Both the position numbers and the translations under genes were made by a program. A stretch of DNA of 32,000 bases, taken from contig NC_016070.1 in the NCBI RefSeq assembly GCF_000253055.1, positions 660,001 through 692,000 of the forward strand, given 5' to 3'. The notes beneath the pieces were generated by a model that made no database searches, had not been told where the DNA came from, and saw only the letters and a list, made by a program, of their open reading frames with translations. The stretch is from Thermoproteus tenax Kra 1 (GTDB lineage Archaea; Thermoproteota; Thermoprotei; Thermoproteales; Thermoproteaceae). Below are positions 1 to 7,986 of this stretch, piece after piece (position 1 is the stretch's first letter; every line of letters starts with the position of its first letter).

Positions 1-287
1 AGGTTATACGACTGAAAAAGATAGCCTATATTGAGCAGGCGGAACCTCTCGAGCTCCCGCTCGCCCAACGTCGCCACGTCGCGGCCCAAAACGATTGCCC
101 TCCCTCTGGTGGGTCTGTCAAGAGACGATATTATGTTCAATAACGTCGTCTTGCCCGATCCAGAGGGGCCCATGAAGGCGGTGATAGTGGACTTGGGTAT
201 CTTCAGTGTGACCCCCTTCAGCGCGTGAACTTCGCCGGCAGGCGTCTTATATATCTTGTGGACGTCCTCCAGATCTATAGCTATCAT
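1..287 (-). CDS. ABC transporter ATP-binding subunit (MacB/LolD-like), N-terminal part; gene continues past window edge
   Basis: My minus-strand translation from ATG 287: MIAIDLEDVHKIYKTPAGEVHALKGVTLKIPKSTITAFMGPSGSGKTTLLNII..., with Walker A GPSGSGKT. ATGA start/stop overlap with the upstream permease. Absent from the ORF track because it is open at the window edge. Confidence 0.85.
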   Translation of the reverse strand, partial: MIAIDLEDVHKIYKTPAGEVHALKGVTLKIPKSTITAFMGPSGSGKTTLLNIISSLDRPTRGRAIVLGRDVATLGERELERFRLLNIGYLFQSYN

Positions 288-1399
288 CTCAATATCTCGA
301 GCGGCCTGAGCGTTATAGCTCTGTATACGGGCACAAGGGCCCCTCCTATTGCGACCGACAGAGAAAGGGCTATCCCCAAGGCATAAAACTGAGGAACAAA
401 GGGTATAGGTACGTCGAAGAAGTAGCCGGCTCCAACTAGGGCGTCCTTTATGCCCATCGCGCCGAGATAGCCGGCGAGTCCGCCCAGAGTTCCCCCTGTG
501 AGTCCGACAATAAACACCTCTAGTAGTAGCGTCAGAGCTATGTCGCGGCCGGCGATCCCAGTGGCCTTCAGCAACGCTATTTCTCCCACGCGCTCTCTAA
601 CAGTTATAGACATCACGGCGAAAGTGGTGAGGGCGCCGGCCATGTAGGCTATGGCCTCTATTATCGTGAAGAATATGTTCAACATGGAGAACACCCTGTT
701 TACTGTAGACAAGGCGCTCTGCTGCGTGTAGACTTCCGCCCGAGGAAATTCTCTCTTCAGCGCTTGTGCGAAGGGCTGTATATACGTCTTGTCCTTCAAA
801 GTTATGAAGACCATGTTGTAGAACTGGCCAACGCCTAGCTCTTGTTGTAGCCAGTCTAGGGGCACGACCACTAGGTTGAGGCTCATGGGCCCTATGAACC
901 CTTTGAGCAGATTTGTCATGACGCCGACGACCGATATCTTGACCGCAGTCGGCGGAGCTATCGTGCTTTCGTAGACGTAGAGCGTTACAACTTCTCCGAC
1001 CTTCGCCCCCAGCGTTGACTCGACGACCGCCTCTCCGCCGCCGCTGGGGAGCCTCCCCTCAACGAGCTCTACGTCAAAATAGCTTATATCGCTGAGGGGG
1101 ACGCCGAGGATTGTGACCGTCTTATTCCCCAACGTGCCTGTGAGCATGAGCACGGGCTCAGCGCTTTCAACATATGGGGACGCTCTGAGCGCGTCCACAA
1201 AGGCCCTCGGTATATCTATCGAGTTCGAATATATGAGTATGTCCGCGGGGAATATCTGGTAGAGCTGGTTTTGGACGTAGATCTTCGCCCCAAGGCTGAT
1301 GGTGCTGAGCCCCACCATAAGAGCTGCGCCGATAGCTATGACAAGCGCCACGAGGAGGTATCTTGCTCTCCTCGATCTCAAGTCGCTTAAGGCCAACAT
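284..1399 (-). CDS. FtsX-family (MacB-type) ABC transporter permease
   Basis: Track ORF 284..1435. FtsX-like C-terminal domain (VRERVGEIALLKATGIAGRDIALTLLLE...). Typical N-terminus MLALSDLRSRRARYLLVAL, so I prefer ATG 1399; 1420 and 1435 are alternatives. Confidence 0.85.
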   Translation of the reverse strand: MLALSDLRSRRARYLLVALVIAIGAALMVGLSTISLGAKIYVQNQLYQIFPADILIYSNSIDIPRAFVDALRASPYVESAEPVLMLTGTLGNKTVTILGVPLSDISYFDVELVEGRLPSGGGEAVVESTLGAKVGEVVTLYVYESTIAPPTAVKISVVGVMTNLLKGFIGPMSLNLVVVPLDWLQQELGVGQFYNMVFITLKDKTYIQPFAQALKREFPRAEVYTQQSALSTVNRVFSMLNIFFTIIEAIAYMAGALTTFAVMSITVRERVGEIALLKATGIAGRDIALTLLLEVFIVGLTGGTLGGLAGYLGAMGIKDALVGAGYFFDVPIPFVPQFYALGIALSLSVAIGGALVPVYRAITLRPLEILR

Positions 1400-1432
1400 A
1401 ATGACGTGGGAAACTGCCACATGGCTTATTTG

Positions 1433-1445
1433 CATATTAAAAATT
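1433..1445. promoter_or_regulatory. A/T block (CATATTAAAAATT) between divergent permease and MMPL genes; putative bidirectional TATA element
   Basis: It is the only A/T-rich element between the two divergent starts. Assignment rests on position only. Confidence 0.35.
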
Positions 1446-1451
1446 GAGCAC

Positions 1452-4016
1452 GTGAGCCGGGCCCTCCCGGTCGTGTTGGCGTTGTGGTTGGCCGTCTATA
1501 TATTCCTGGCGAGCCAATCGGCTAGAGTCTTCGGAATCCTTGTGTACTCGGAGTCGAAACTGATGCCAAACAACGTTGAGCCCGCAATTGTGGACAAAAT
1601 AATTGGTGCGAACCAGACCTCGAACAATGGGACCTTCTTCGTCTTAGTGTACGGCCCCGATCTCACGACGAGGCTGTCCCGCCTCGATAGACTTCTCAAC
1701 GACGAGGGCTTCACCGTGATATCCCCATATTCGATTCAAGAACGAGCCCAACAGATTTATCTGAGTTATATTAATGATACTATAAATAATATTACTATTA
1801 ATTTCTTTAAAAATCTTAATTATATTTATAGTACTATATACAATGAATGTATTGGGCTAGATGAACTCGTGAGAGCGTACAGAGAGGCCGAGAGAAATGC
1901 CACGCTCCTACTCTATGCTACCTACGGCGCAGTCGCGTTGAATATCTCCACGCCTAGAACTGAGGAGTTCCTAAGCTACTATAGGAACTTCTCTGCGCTT
2001 TATGGACCGGACGAGGCTGTCCTTCTAGCTGCCGATAAGGCATACGGGAACGTGAGTTGGCTGTTGCAGAATATAACGTGGATGAATTGGGCGACTCAAA
2101 ACGCTGTGAACCTAGTGGCGAGGAGGCTGTTGAGCCTCAAGCTCAACGCGTCTCTGATAGAGTTGGCTGAGAACGTCTCGGCCGTCGGCGTTGAGAAATA
2201 CCTTTACTTCAAGCTCAGCTCTGAGCTACCTCCTCCATTGAGGCAGTATCTACCTTACGTTCTGTGTCAGAACAATACGGCGGAGGCCGCCGAGATTTTC
2301 CGACGGGAGCTGTTCAGAGACATTACCGCTCGTCATCCTCCTCCCACTATGTACACTATAAGAGAGGCGAGGGAGCTGTTATACGGCGATAGATATGCGC
2401 TTGTTATAGCAGAGGGCACTTCGGCGCCACGCCTCAACCTCACGTGGGCTGTGCCCGTCTCAACAGACATCTTGATGTCGCAGTTCACCGAAACTGTGAC
2501 GTCGGAAGTGCCCGAGATAGATAAGACTACGTCCCTAGCGATGCTCGCAGTGCTTCTGTTTGTCTTGGGCTCTGTGGCAGCCCCGTTGATCATCCTCGCC
2601 GAAGTGGGGCTCACCTATCTGGCCGTGTTAGGCCTTATATACCTCACGTCGCGCCTACTGCCGCCCTATTATCTCTCAGTGTATATCGCTGCTCCTGTCA
2701 TCTTTGCGTTAGGCGTTGATTATAACCTTCTCATTTTGGGGCGATATGCCGAGGAGCGTAACAAGGGGATCAGCAAAGACGAGGCGATCAAGACCACGCT
2801 GCGTTTTGCGAGACGCGCTATATTGACCAGCGGCATAGTAGCCGGCTTAGCCCTGGGAAGTTTTGGGTTCTCCTATCTGCCCTTCATGCAATCGATAGGT
2901 CTAACCCTAGCGGCCTCAGTTGCGTTGGTGTTAATAACGGCTTTCGCGGCTACCCCCTCTATCCTGTATACTCTGGGAGATCGAGTCTTCTGGCCCAGAG
3001 GAATAGAAAATATAAGGCTCCATGAGGGGAGGTCCAAGCTCTTGGCCAGATCCGTGGATCTGGCGCTGAGAAGGCCCAGGTCGCTTGTGGTACTCTTTCT
3101 ATTGATTTCAATACTCCTCGCCCTTTTCGTGGCTACACATATGAGAATTACGACGAACCCTATATCGGCCATGCCTGAGACGCAGAGCAAGAGAGCGCTC
3201 CTCCTCCTACAGACTTACTTCAGGAATGTGACAGCTCTATCAACTACATATTTAGTTTTCGATAAGAGACCAAATAATCAAACGCTAATATATATTAAAA
3301 ATTTACCATATTTTGTTAATTATACTATTTATCAAAAAGGAAAATATTATATAATGGACTTAGAGCTGTCGGTGACCAGCACTTCGGACGAGCTGCTAAG
3401 CGCATACAACTATCTATCGAGACTGAGGAGTGATGGCTTGCTCTACATCGGCGGCGATGCGGGCTGGAAACATGTATATTACAAGTACATTTACCTTTAT
3501 TTCTGGAATATACAAATATACATAATTTTGGCCACCGTCACTGTTGCCCTTATGTTGGCGCTACGGAGCGTGCTCACGCCGTTAAGGTTGGTGGCCACAG
3601 TCCTCATGTCGGCTGTGTGGGGCATGGCTCTCAACGTGGCCTTGTTCCAGCTGGCCATAGGCCAGCTCACCTACTGGCTACAGCCGGTCGTGCTAATGAG
3701 TCTGCTAATAGCGGTGGGCACGGACTACGATGTATTTATTATATCACGAATCAAGGAGGAGGTAGAAAAAGGCAAAGACGATAAGAGCGCGATAAAGGCC
3801 GCCATAGTGTCCACAGGGCCTATAGTCACCGGCGCCGCGCTCATATTGGCGTTGGCCTTCCTCTCGATAGTGCAATCGCAGCTGACAGTGCTTGAGCAAA
3901 TAGGGGCCACCGTGGCCTTCTCCGCTATTTTCGACGCATTCATAGTGAGGCCGCTCCTCGTGCCGGCCATTATGAGCTTATTGTCTAAATACAACTGGTG
4001 GCCATCGAAACAATGA
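1452..4016 (+). CDS. MMPL/RND-superfamily membrane protein with two large extracytoplasmic loops
   Basis: Track ORF 1299..4016. Duplicated MMPL-type motifs GVDYNLLILGRYAEERNKG and GTDYDVFIISRIKEEVEKGKD, each followed by TM bundles. The 5' part (1299-1435) is antisense to the permease gene, so the real start is probably GTG 1452 (alternatives 1401, 1473). Confidence 0.8.
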   Translation: MSRALPVVLALWLAVYIFLASQSARVFGILVYSESKLMPNNVEPAIVDKIIGANQTSNNGTFFVLVYGPDLTTRLSRLDRLLNDEGFTVISPYSIQERAQQIYLSYINDTINNITINFFKNLNYIYSTIYNECIGLDELVRAYREAERNATLLLYATYGAVALNISTPRTEEFLSYYRNFSALYGPDEAVLLAADKAYGNVSWLLQNITWMNWATQNAVNLVARRLLSLKLNASLIELAENVSAVGVEKYLYFKLSSELPPPLRQYLPYVLCQNNTAEAAEIFRRELFRDITARHPPPTMYTIREARELLYGDRYALVIAEGTSAPRLNLTWAVPVSTDILMSQFTETVTSEVPEIDKTTSLAMLAVLLFVLGSVAAPLIILAEVGLTYLAVLGLIYLTSRLLPPYYLSVYIAAPVIFALGVDYNLLILGRYAEERNKGISKDEAIKTTLRFARRAILTSGIVAGLALGSFGFSYLPFMQSIGLTLAASVALVLITAFAATPSILYTLGDRVFWPRGIENIRLHEGRSKLLARSVDLALRRPRSLVVLFLLISILLALFVATHMRITTNPISAMPETQSKRALLLLQTYFRNVTALSTTYLVFDKRPNNQTLIYIKNLPYFVNYTIYQKGKYYIMDLELSVTSTSDELLSAYNYLSRLRSDGLLYIGGDAGWKHVYYKYIYLYFWNIQIYIILATVTVALMLALRSVLTPLRLVATVLMSAVWGMALNVALFQLAIGQLTYWLQPVVLMSLLIAVGTDYDVFIISRIKEEVEKGKDDKSAIKAAIVSTGPIVTGAALILALAFLSIVQSQLTVLEQIGATVAFSAIFDAFIVRPLLVPAIMSLLSKYNWWPSKQ

Positions 4017-4672
4017 CCCTCAAGGCGCTACTGCTCGACTTCTTCGGCACGTTGGCCAGAGTGAGAGATGAGGAGGCGTACCTAGAGGATGTGTCGAGAG
4101 GTCTCGCCAGAGCTCTAGGAGTAGATGGGGAAAAGGCGTTGAAGTACTTCTTGGAGGCGAGGAGACTGGCGAACGCCATAAGAGAGGCCTCGAACGCCGA
4201 AATACCCGTCGACGGTCAAGCGGCCCTCATAGCCGCTCTAGCGGGCGGCCGTCCGGACGAGGTACGAAAAGTCCTAGTGGAGAGCATGCTAAAACATCTC
4301 GAGCCCGTGGAGCATGCGCCTGAGTTCCTCCACTGGGCCAAAGGGAGGTTCAAACTGGCGATAGTGTCGAACACGACTTGTAGATGCTACATAGAGGAAG
4401 TGCTCAAGAAAGTCGGCGGAGCTGTAGATGTGATCGTCACCTCGGATGTAGTAAGATACAGAAAGCCTCATAGGCTGATCTTCAAAATAGCGCTGAGGAG
4501 ACTCGGCGTAGCTCCCAGCGAGACTATTATGGTGGGAGATGACGACGTAGATCTAGGCGCAAGAGCTCTCGGCATACTCACTGTGATAGTCGGCGGGAGA
4601 GTTGCCGGAGATCTGAACTTCAGAGACTTAGAGGAGCTGAGGCGTTGGCTGGAGGAGCGCGCGGAGCCATAG
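3998..4672 (+). CDS. HAD-superfamily hydrolase
   Basis: Motif I-like LLLDFFGTL, motif II IVSNT, Lys (YRKP), motif IV GDDDVD. 19-nt overlap with the MMPL stop. Confidence 0.75.
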   Translation: MAIETMTLKALLLDFFGTLARVRDEEAYLEDVSRGLARALGVDGEKALKYFLEARRLANAIREASNAEIPVDGQAALIAALAGGRPDEVRKVLVESMLKHLEPVEHAPEFLHWAKGRFKLAIVSNTTCRCYIEEVLKKVGGAVDVIVTSDVVRYRKPHRLIFKIALRRLGVAPSETIMVGDDDVDLGARALGILTVIVGGRVAGDLNFRDLEELRRWLEERAEP

Positions 4673-4727
4673 CGTACGCCGAGGTACACGCCATAGGTGC
4701 TTTTTAACTCCAAGTTTAGCTACTCTT

Positions 4728-6173
4728 GTGAACGATCATAAAGACATAATGGAGTGCCGCTCTTGGCACTGCGACGTCCTAAGGCGGCCCGGCTCGTGCT
4801 CTGAGGAAGAATTCGACGTATTGATAATAGGCGCAGGCATCGGAGGATTGGCGGCAGCCCGCGAGCTGTCCCGCTATGACCTCAAAGTGGGTATAGTCAA
4901 CGAGGGCCCTCTGGGTGGTCACCACGCTCTGGACCGCCAACCCACTGTGACCGACGAGACTGCTGCATCCATTGTGGAGAGATACCGCACTGAGGACGTC
5001 ATACGCGGGGTATTCGATGGCGAGGTCGTAGTCTCCGGCGACAGATGTATACGGCCGCGATATAGACACTTGATCCTCAATACAGGAGGCCTTGAGATGT
5101 ATACGCCAATACCCGGGTCGCCCAAGGTGGTGCCGGCCTCTGAGGCGCTTATGGGCGAGCCAGGGGGCAGGAGACTCTTGGTATGGGGAACCACCGAGTG
5201 GGGCCTCAGAACAGCCATGGCGTTAGCGGAGAGGGGCCACGACGTCGTCGTCGCCGACAATTCGGCGTATCTGCGCGACGTGAGATACTATCAAAAGGTG
5301 CGCGACAGACTTCAGAAGCTCGGCATTGAGGTGATACATTCAGCAATAGCCAAGAGGTTCAAGGATGGCGTTATGGAGCTCTCGGTTAATCTGGGCAAGA
5401 GGGGATGGGAAAGGAGGAGTCTCAAGATAGACGGGGTAGTCTCGGCCGTTCGCACTGTCAACATATACGTGCCCTTGAGGTTGGGCCTCAAGGTGTTCTA
5501 CTCCTTCGAGCTAAACTCGTTGGTGCCGCGGAGAAACAGCTTTGGGGAGATACTCATGTTGGACGGGAAGGGCAAGTCGGCGGGCGGCTCGAACATATAT
5601 GCGGCGGGCGAGCTGTACGGAGCGACCTACGCCCACATAGAGGAGGCGCAGGGAAGACTCCTCGCCGTATATCTGGCGTCTAAAATGGGCCGCGAGGATC
5701 CCGATAAGGCCGCCAAGGCCCTAGAGGACTTTAGAGCCAGGATAGCGCTGGAGGCCAACTGGCTCTACAACTTAGACCTCCGTCTGAGCAGAGGGACGGA
5801 CTACACAGACTTGTACGTTGAGCCTAACGTCATAGATGTGCCCGGCTGGCCCTACTTCTGGCCCAATGGGCTCGACGAGATTGATGGCGATCAGATCGTG
5901 TGTCCGTGCACCGGCCTGAAGATATCAGACGTAATAAAGATCGTAGAGCGCATAAACAAAGGTAGAGTTGAGATAAAGGTGACCAGCGATAGCGTCAACA
6001 AGCTCAGACACATCAAGATGCCGACCCTTGCCGAGCTCGGCGGAGGGCCCAGCCCTTGTTTCGAGACATTATGTGTGCCCAACCTAGCTATAATCATAGG
6101 AGCCATATTCGCCCAGAAGCCATCCTACGTGCTATACGGAAAGCCCAAGCAGTTGTACGAGTCAGCGCTTTGA
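4728..6173 (+). CDS. FAD/NAD(P)-dependent oxidoreductase, HcnB/OoxA/sarcosine-oxidase-alpha-like, with C-terminal BFD-like Cys motif
   Basis: Rossmann motif VLIIGAGIGGLAAAREL, a second nucleotide-binding region (LLVWGTTEWG), and CPCTGLKISDVIKIVE resembling a BFD-like [2Fe-2S] domain. Start is GTG 4728 or ATG 4749. Confidence 0.65.
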   Translation: MNDHKDIMECRSWHCDVLRRPGSCSEEEFDVLIIGAGIGGLAAARELSRYDLKVGIVNEGPLGGHHALDRQPTVTDETAASIVERYRTEDVIRGVFDGEVVVSGDRCIRPRYRHLILNTGGLEMYTPIPGSPKVVPASEALMGEPGGRRLLVWGTTEWGLRTAMALAERGHDVVVADNSAYLRDVRYYQKVRDRLQKLGIEVIHSAIAKRFKDGVMELSVNLGKRGWERRSLKIDGVVSAVRTVNIYVPLRLGLKVFYSFELNSLVPRRNSFGEILMLDGKGKSAGGSNIYAAGELYGATYAHIEEAQGRLLAVYLASKMGREDPDKAAKALEDFRARIALEANWLYNLDLRLSRGTDYTDLYVEPNVIDVPGWPYFWPNGLDEIDGDQIVCPCTGLKISDVIKIVERINKGRVEIKVTSDSVNKLRHIKMPTLAELGGGPSPCFETLCVPNLAIIIGAIFAQKPSYVLYGKPKQLYESAL

Positions 6174-6208
6174 ACTGTCCTCATCGCTCGGGCGCGGCCT
6201 TTCATCAC
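6162..6208 (-). ncRNA. Candidate C/D-box sRNA (antisense to the last 12 nt of the upstream CDS)
   Basis: Minus strand: GUGAUGA-AAGGCCGCGC-CCGA-GCG-AUGAGGA-CAGUUCAAAGCG-CUGA. C and D boxes are exact, and C' sits exactly 12 nt before D. The C-D' spacer is only 10-12 nt and D' is degenerate. TATA-like ATTTAATTAAG lies on the minus strand at about 6237-6227. Confidence 0.4.
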
Positions 6209-6217
6209 GTCTAAGTA

Positions 6218-6790
6218 ATGGACTGCTTAATTAAATCGATCTGGCACGCGCTTGAGGGGTCTCAACTCGGCGCCGAGGAGCTCGCGTGTCTGGAGCGCCA
6301 CGGGCTGGCTAGCGGCGAGCTCATGCCGCCGAGGCCTCTGCTTGTCTATAGAGCTTTACAGCTCGGCGTGAGGATCGATCTACAGCGGCTCTCTCGCCTG
6401 ATTGATTGGGATGAGTTCGAGCAAATAGTCGCCTTGATCCTCGAAGGCTGGGGATATTCGGTCCAAAGAGGCTTAAGGCTAGAATGCGCCAGGCGTAAAG
6501 CTGAGTTCGACGTAGTGGGGTGGAATAGACATATGGTGCTCGCGCTTGAGGTAAAACACTGGAAGTACGGCGGAGGCAGATGGGAGTCTGTCGTGGGCGC
6601 GCACGTAGAGAAGACGAGGGCGTGTCTGCCCAAGCTAAAGGCCTTAGCTCCTCTTGTTATACCCGCCGTAGTTACCCTTTCTTCTACCAACGCTCTTATT
6701 GGAGGCGTGCCTGTTGTGTCCATATACGGACTTCTTGATCTCTTGAGAAACATAGAGGACTTGAGAGATAAGGTCCTTGTGCTCTTCTAA
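6218..6790 (+). CDS. Mrr-like restriction-endonuclease-fold (PD-(D/E)xK) protein
   Basis: WDEFEQIVALILEGWGYSV...AEFDVVGW...VLALEVKHW gives a D...E-x-K arrangement typical of the Mrr_cat fold. The C-terminal part (VIPAVVTLSS...VSIYGLLDLL) is also Mrr-like. Confidence 0.55.
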   Translation: MDCLIKSIWHALEGSQLGAEELACLERHGLASGELMPPRPLLVYRALQLGVRIDLQRLSRLIDWDEFEQIVALILEGWGYSVQRGLRLECARRKAEFDVVGWNRHMVLALEVKHWKYGGGRWESVVGAHVEKTRACLPKLKALAPLVIPAVVTLSSTNALIGGVPVVSIYGLLDLLRNIEDLRDKVLVLF

Positions 6791-6895
6791 GCACTTTTCA
6801 CATGAATATACATAGACATCTATATTTATTTCCGTTTTGATTTTAACTATATAAAGTCTATCAAATTCCTTTAAACAGAAAAAACAACGCCTCAC
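6644..6895 (-). CDS. Possible small zinc-ribbon protein (CxxC...CxxC); doubtful
   Basis: N-terminus MRRCFFCLKEFDRLYIVKIKTEINIDVYVYSCEKCLEE has two CxxC pairs. GTGA start/stop overlap with the upstream membrane-protein gene. However, the last 147 nt are antisense to the credible C-terminus of the nuclease gene and read as low-complexity basic sequence. Confidence 0.25.
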   Translation of the reverse strand: MRRCFFCLKEFDRLYIVKIKTEINIDVYVYSCEKCLEEHKDLISQVLYVSQEIKKSVYGHNRHASNKSVGRRKGNYGGYNKRS

Positions 6896-7368
6896 GTCTT
6901 CTGCGTCTTGTTTATTGCCATATCGATCTCGGCCAAGAGCTTCGTGGACTTCTGCGGCGCTATGTGATGCTCGGTTGCCTCCAACGCTACGCCGATTAGA
7001 AATAGTAACGCCGAGGCCCCTGCGAATGCATTGGAAAGAAGCACCACCGTCAAACCGCCTTGTTCAGAGATTATGATAGGTATAGGCAAGGCCAAGATCA
7101 GAGCGACGAGCGCAACGGAGGCTGAGGTCGCCCTAGCTCTGACCCCCCGTTTGATCTCGAGGAACGCAGCGCCGGCCAGGGCAATGGCTGAGGTCGCTAT
7201 CGAGACAATCCGCGGGAGCACAGGCAGAGAGTATCTGGCCGAGCCTATGATTAAATAGCCTGGAGAGAGCGATATAGTGGGATTGGGGCCGGTGGCGTAG
7301 GCCACAAAGTGCACGGATGGGAGCAAAGATGCGGCGATAAGCGCCGCACCGATCCACCACAAGCGCAT
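6892..7368 (-). CDS. Hypothetical integral membrane protein (about 4 hydrophobic segments)
   Basis: Hydrophobic N-terminus MRLWWIGAALIAASLL plus three further TM-like stretches. No family recognised. Confidence 0.55.
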   Translation of the reverse strand: MRLWWIGAALIAASLLPSVHFVAYATGPNPTISLSPGYLIIGSARYSLPVLPRIVSIATSAIALAGAAFLEIKRGVRARATSASVALVALILALPIPIIISEQGGLTVVLLSNAFAGASALLFLIGVALEATEHHIAPQKSTKLLAEIDMAINKTQKT

Positions 7369-7460
7369 CAGAGGTAGGAAGGATAGATCTATAAATATGA
7401 TCCGCTCAAGTCGCTCGGACTATGTTAATTTTGATCGAATAATTTATATCGATAGGAAGG

Positions 7461-7976
7461 TTGGATGCCATGATTTTACAGATAACTCTCACCCTAATAG
7501 CAGTCGTCGCATTAGTTGGCGTGCTCTTGGGGCTCATCCTCTTTATAAATAGGCAGAGGGGAGCTCCTCAACCCCAAGAGCAACAACGAGCTCGTTATAC
7601 GCCCGGCGAACAAGAGATTTTGGAGCGCTTGGAGAGCCTCAGAGGCGCTCTCTCAGACCGCCTCGATGAGCTTAAGGAGAGGGTGGAGAAGTTTATTCCT
7701 CCATACGGCCGCGTAGGATATGTCCCCTCCAATGCCTCCGAGTTGGCTCAGCTCCTGGGATTTAAATACGTCAAGCTAGGACAAGAGGTGCACGGGGAGT
7801 TGCCCAAGGAGGTAGAACGATACCTAGATATCGATGCAGAAGTGGCCCAGATAAAGGAGGGGGACTACTACGTCTATATAGTAAAGAGGGGGGATAGAAA
7901 GCTCATAGCAGTTGGCGACGTCTATCTGGACTACCTAACTGTGAAGTTCCTGCAGGACTTTTTATCCTACATCTAA
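7461..7976 (+). CDS. Hypothetical N-terminally membrane-anchored protein with a coiled-coil linker
   Basis: TM ILQITLTLIAVVALVGVLLGLILFI, a Q/E-rich linker, then a soluble C-terminal domain. TATA-like AATAATTTATATCG upstream. Start is TTG 7461 or ATG 7470. Confidence 0.55.
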   Translation: MDAMILQITLTLIAVVALVGVLLGLILFINRQRGAPQPQEQQRARYTPGEQEILERLESLRGALSDRLDELKERVEKFIPPYGRVGYVPSNASELAQLLGFKYVKLGQEVHGELPKEVERYLDIDAEVAQIKEGDYYVYIVKRGDRKLIAVGDVYLDYLTVKFLQDFLSYI

Positions 7977-7986
7977 TTGTAATATG

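Noticed and set aside
1299-1451. 5' extension of the MMPL ORF back to 1299
   Set aside because: It is antisense to the 5' end of the permease gene and upstream of the only A/T promoter block. The membrane anchor begins after about 1452.
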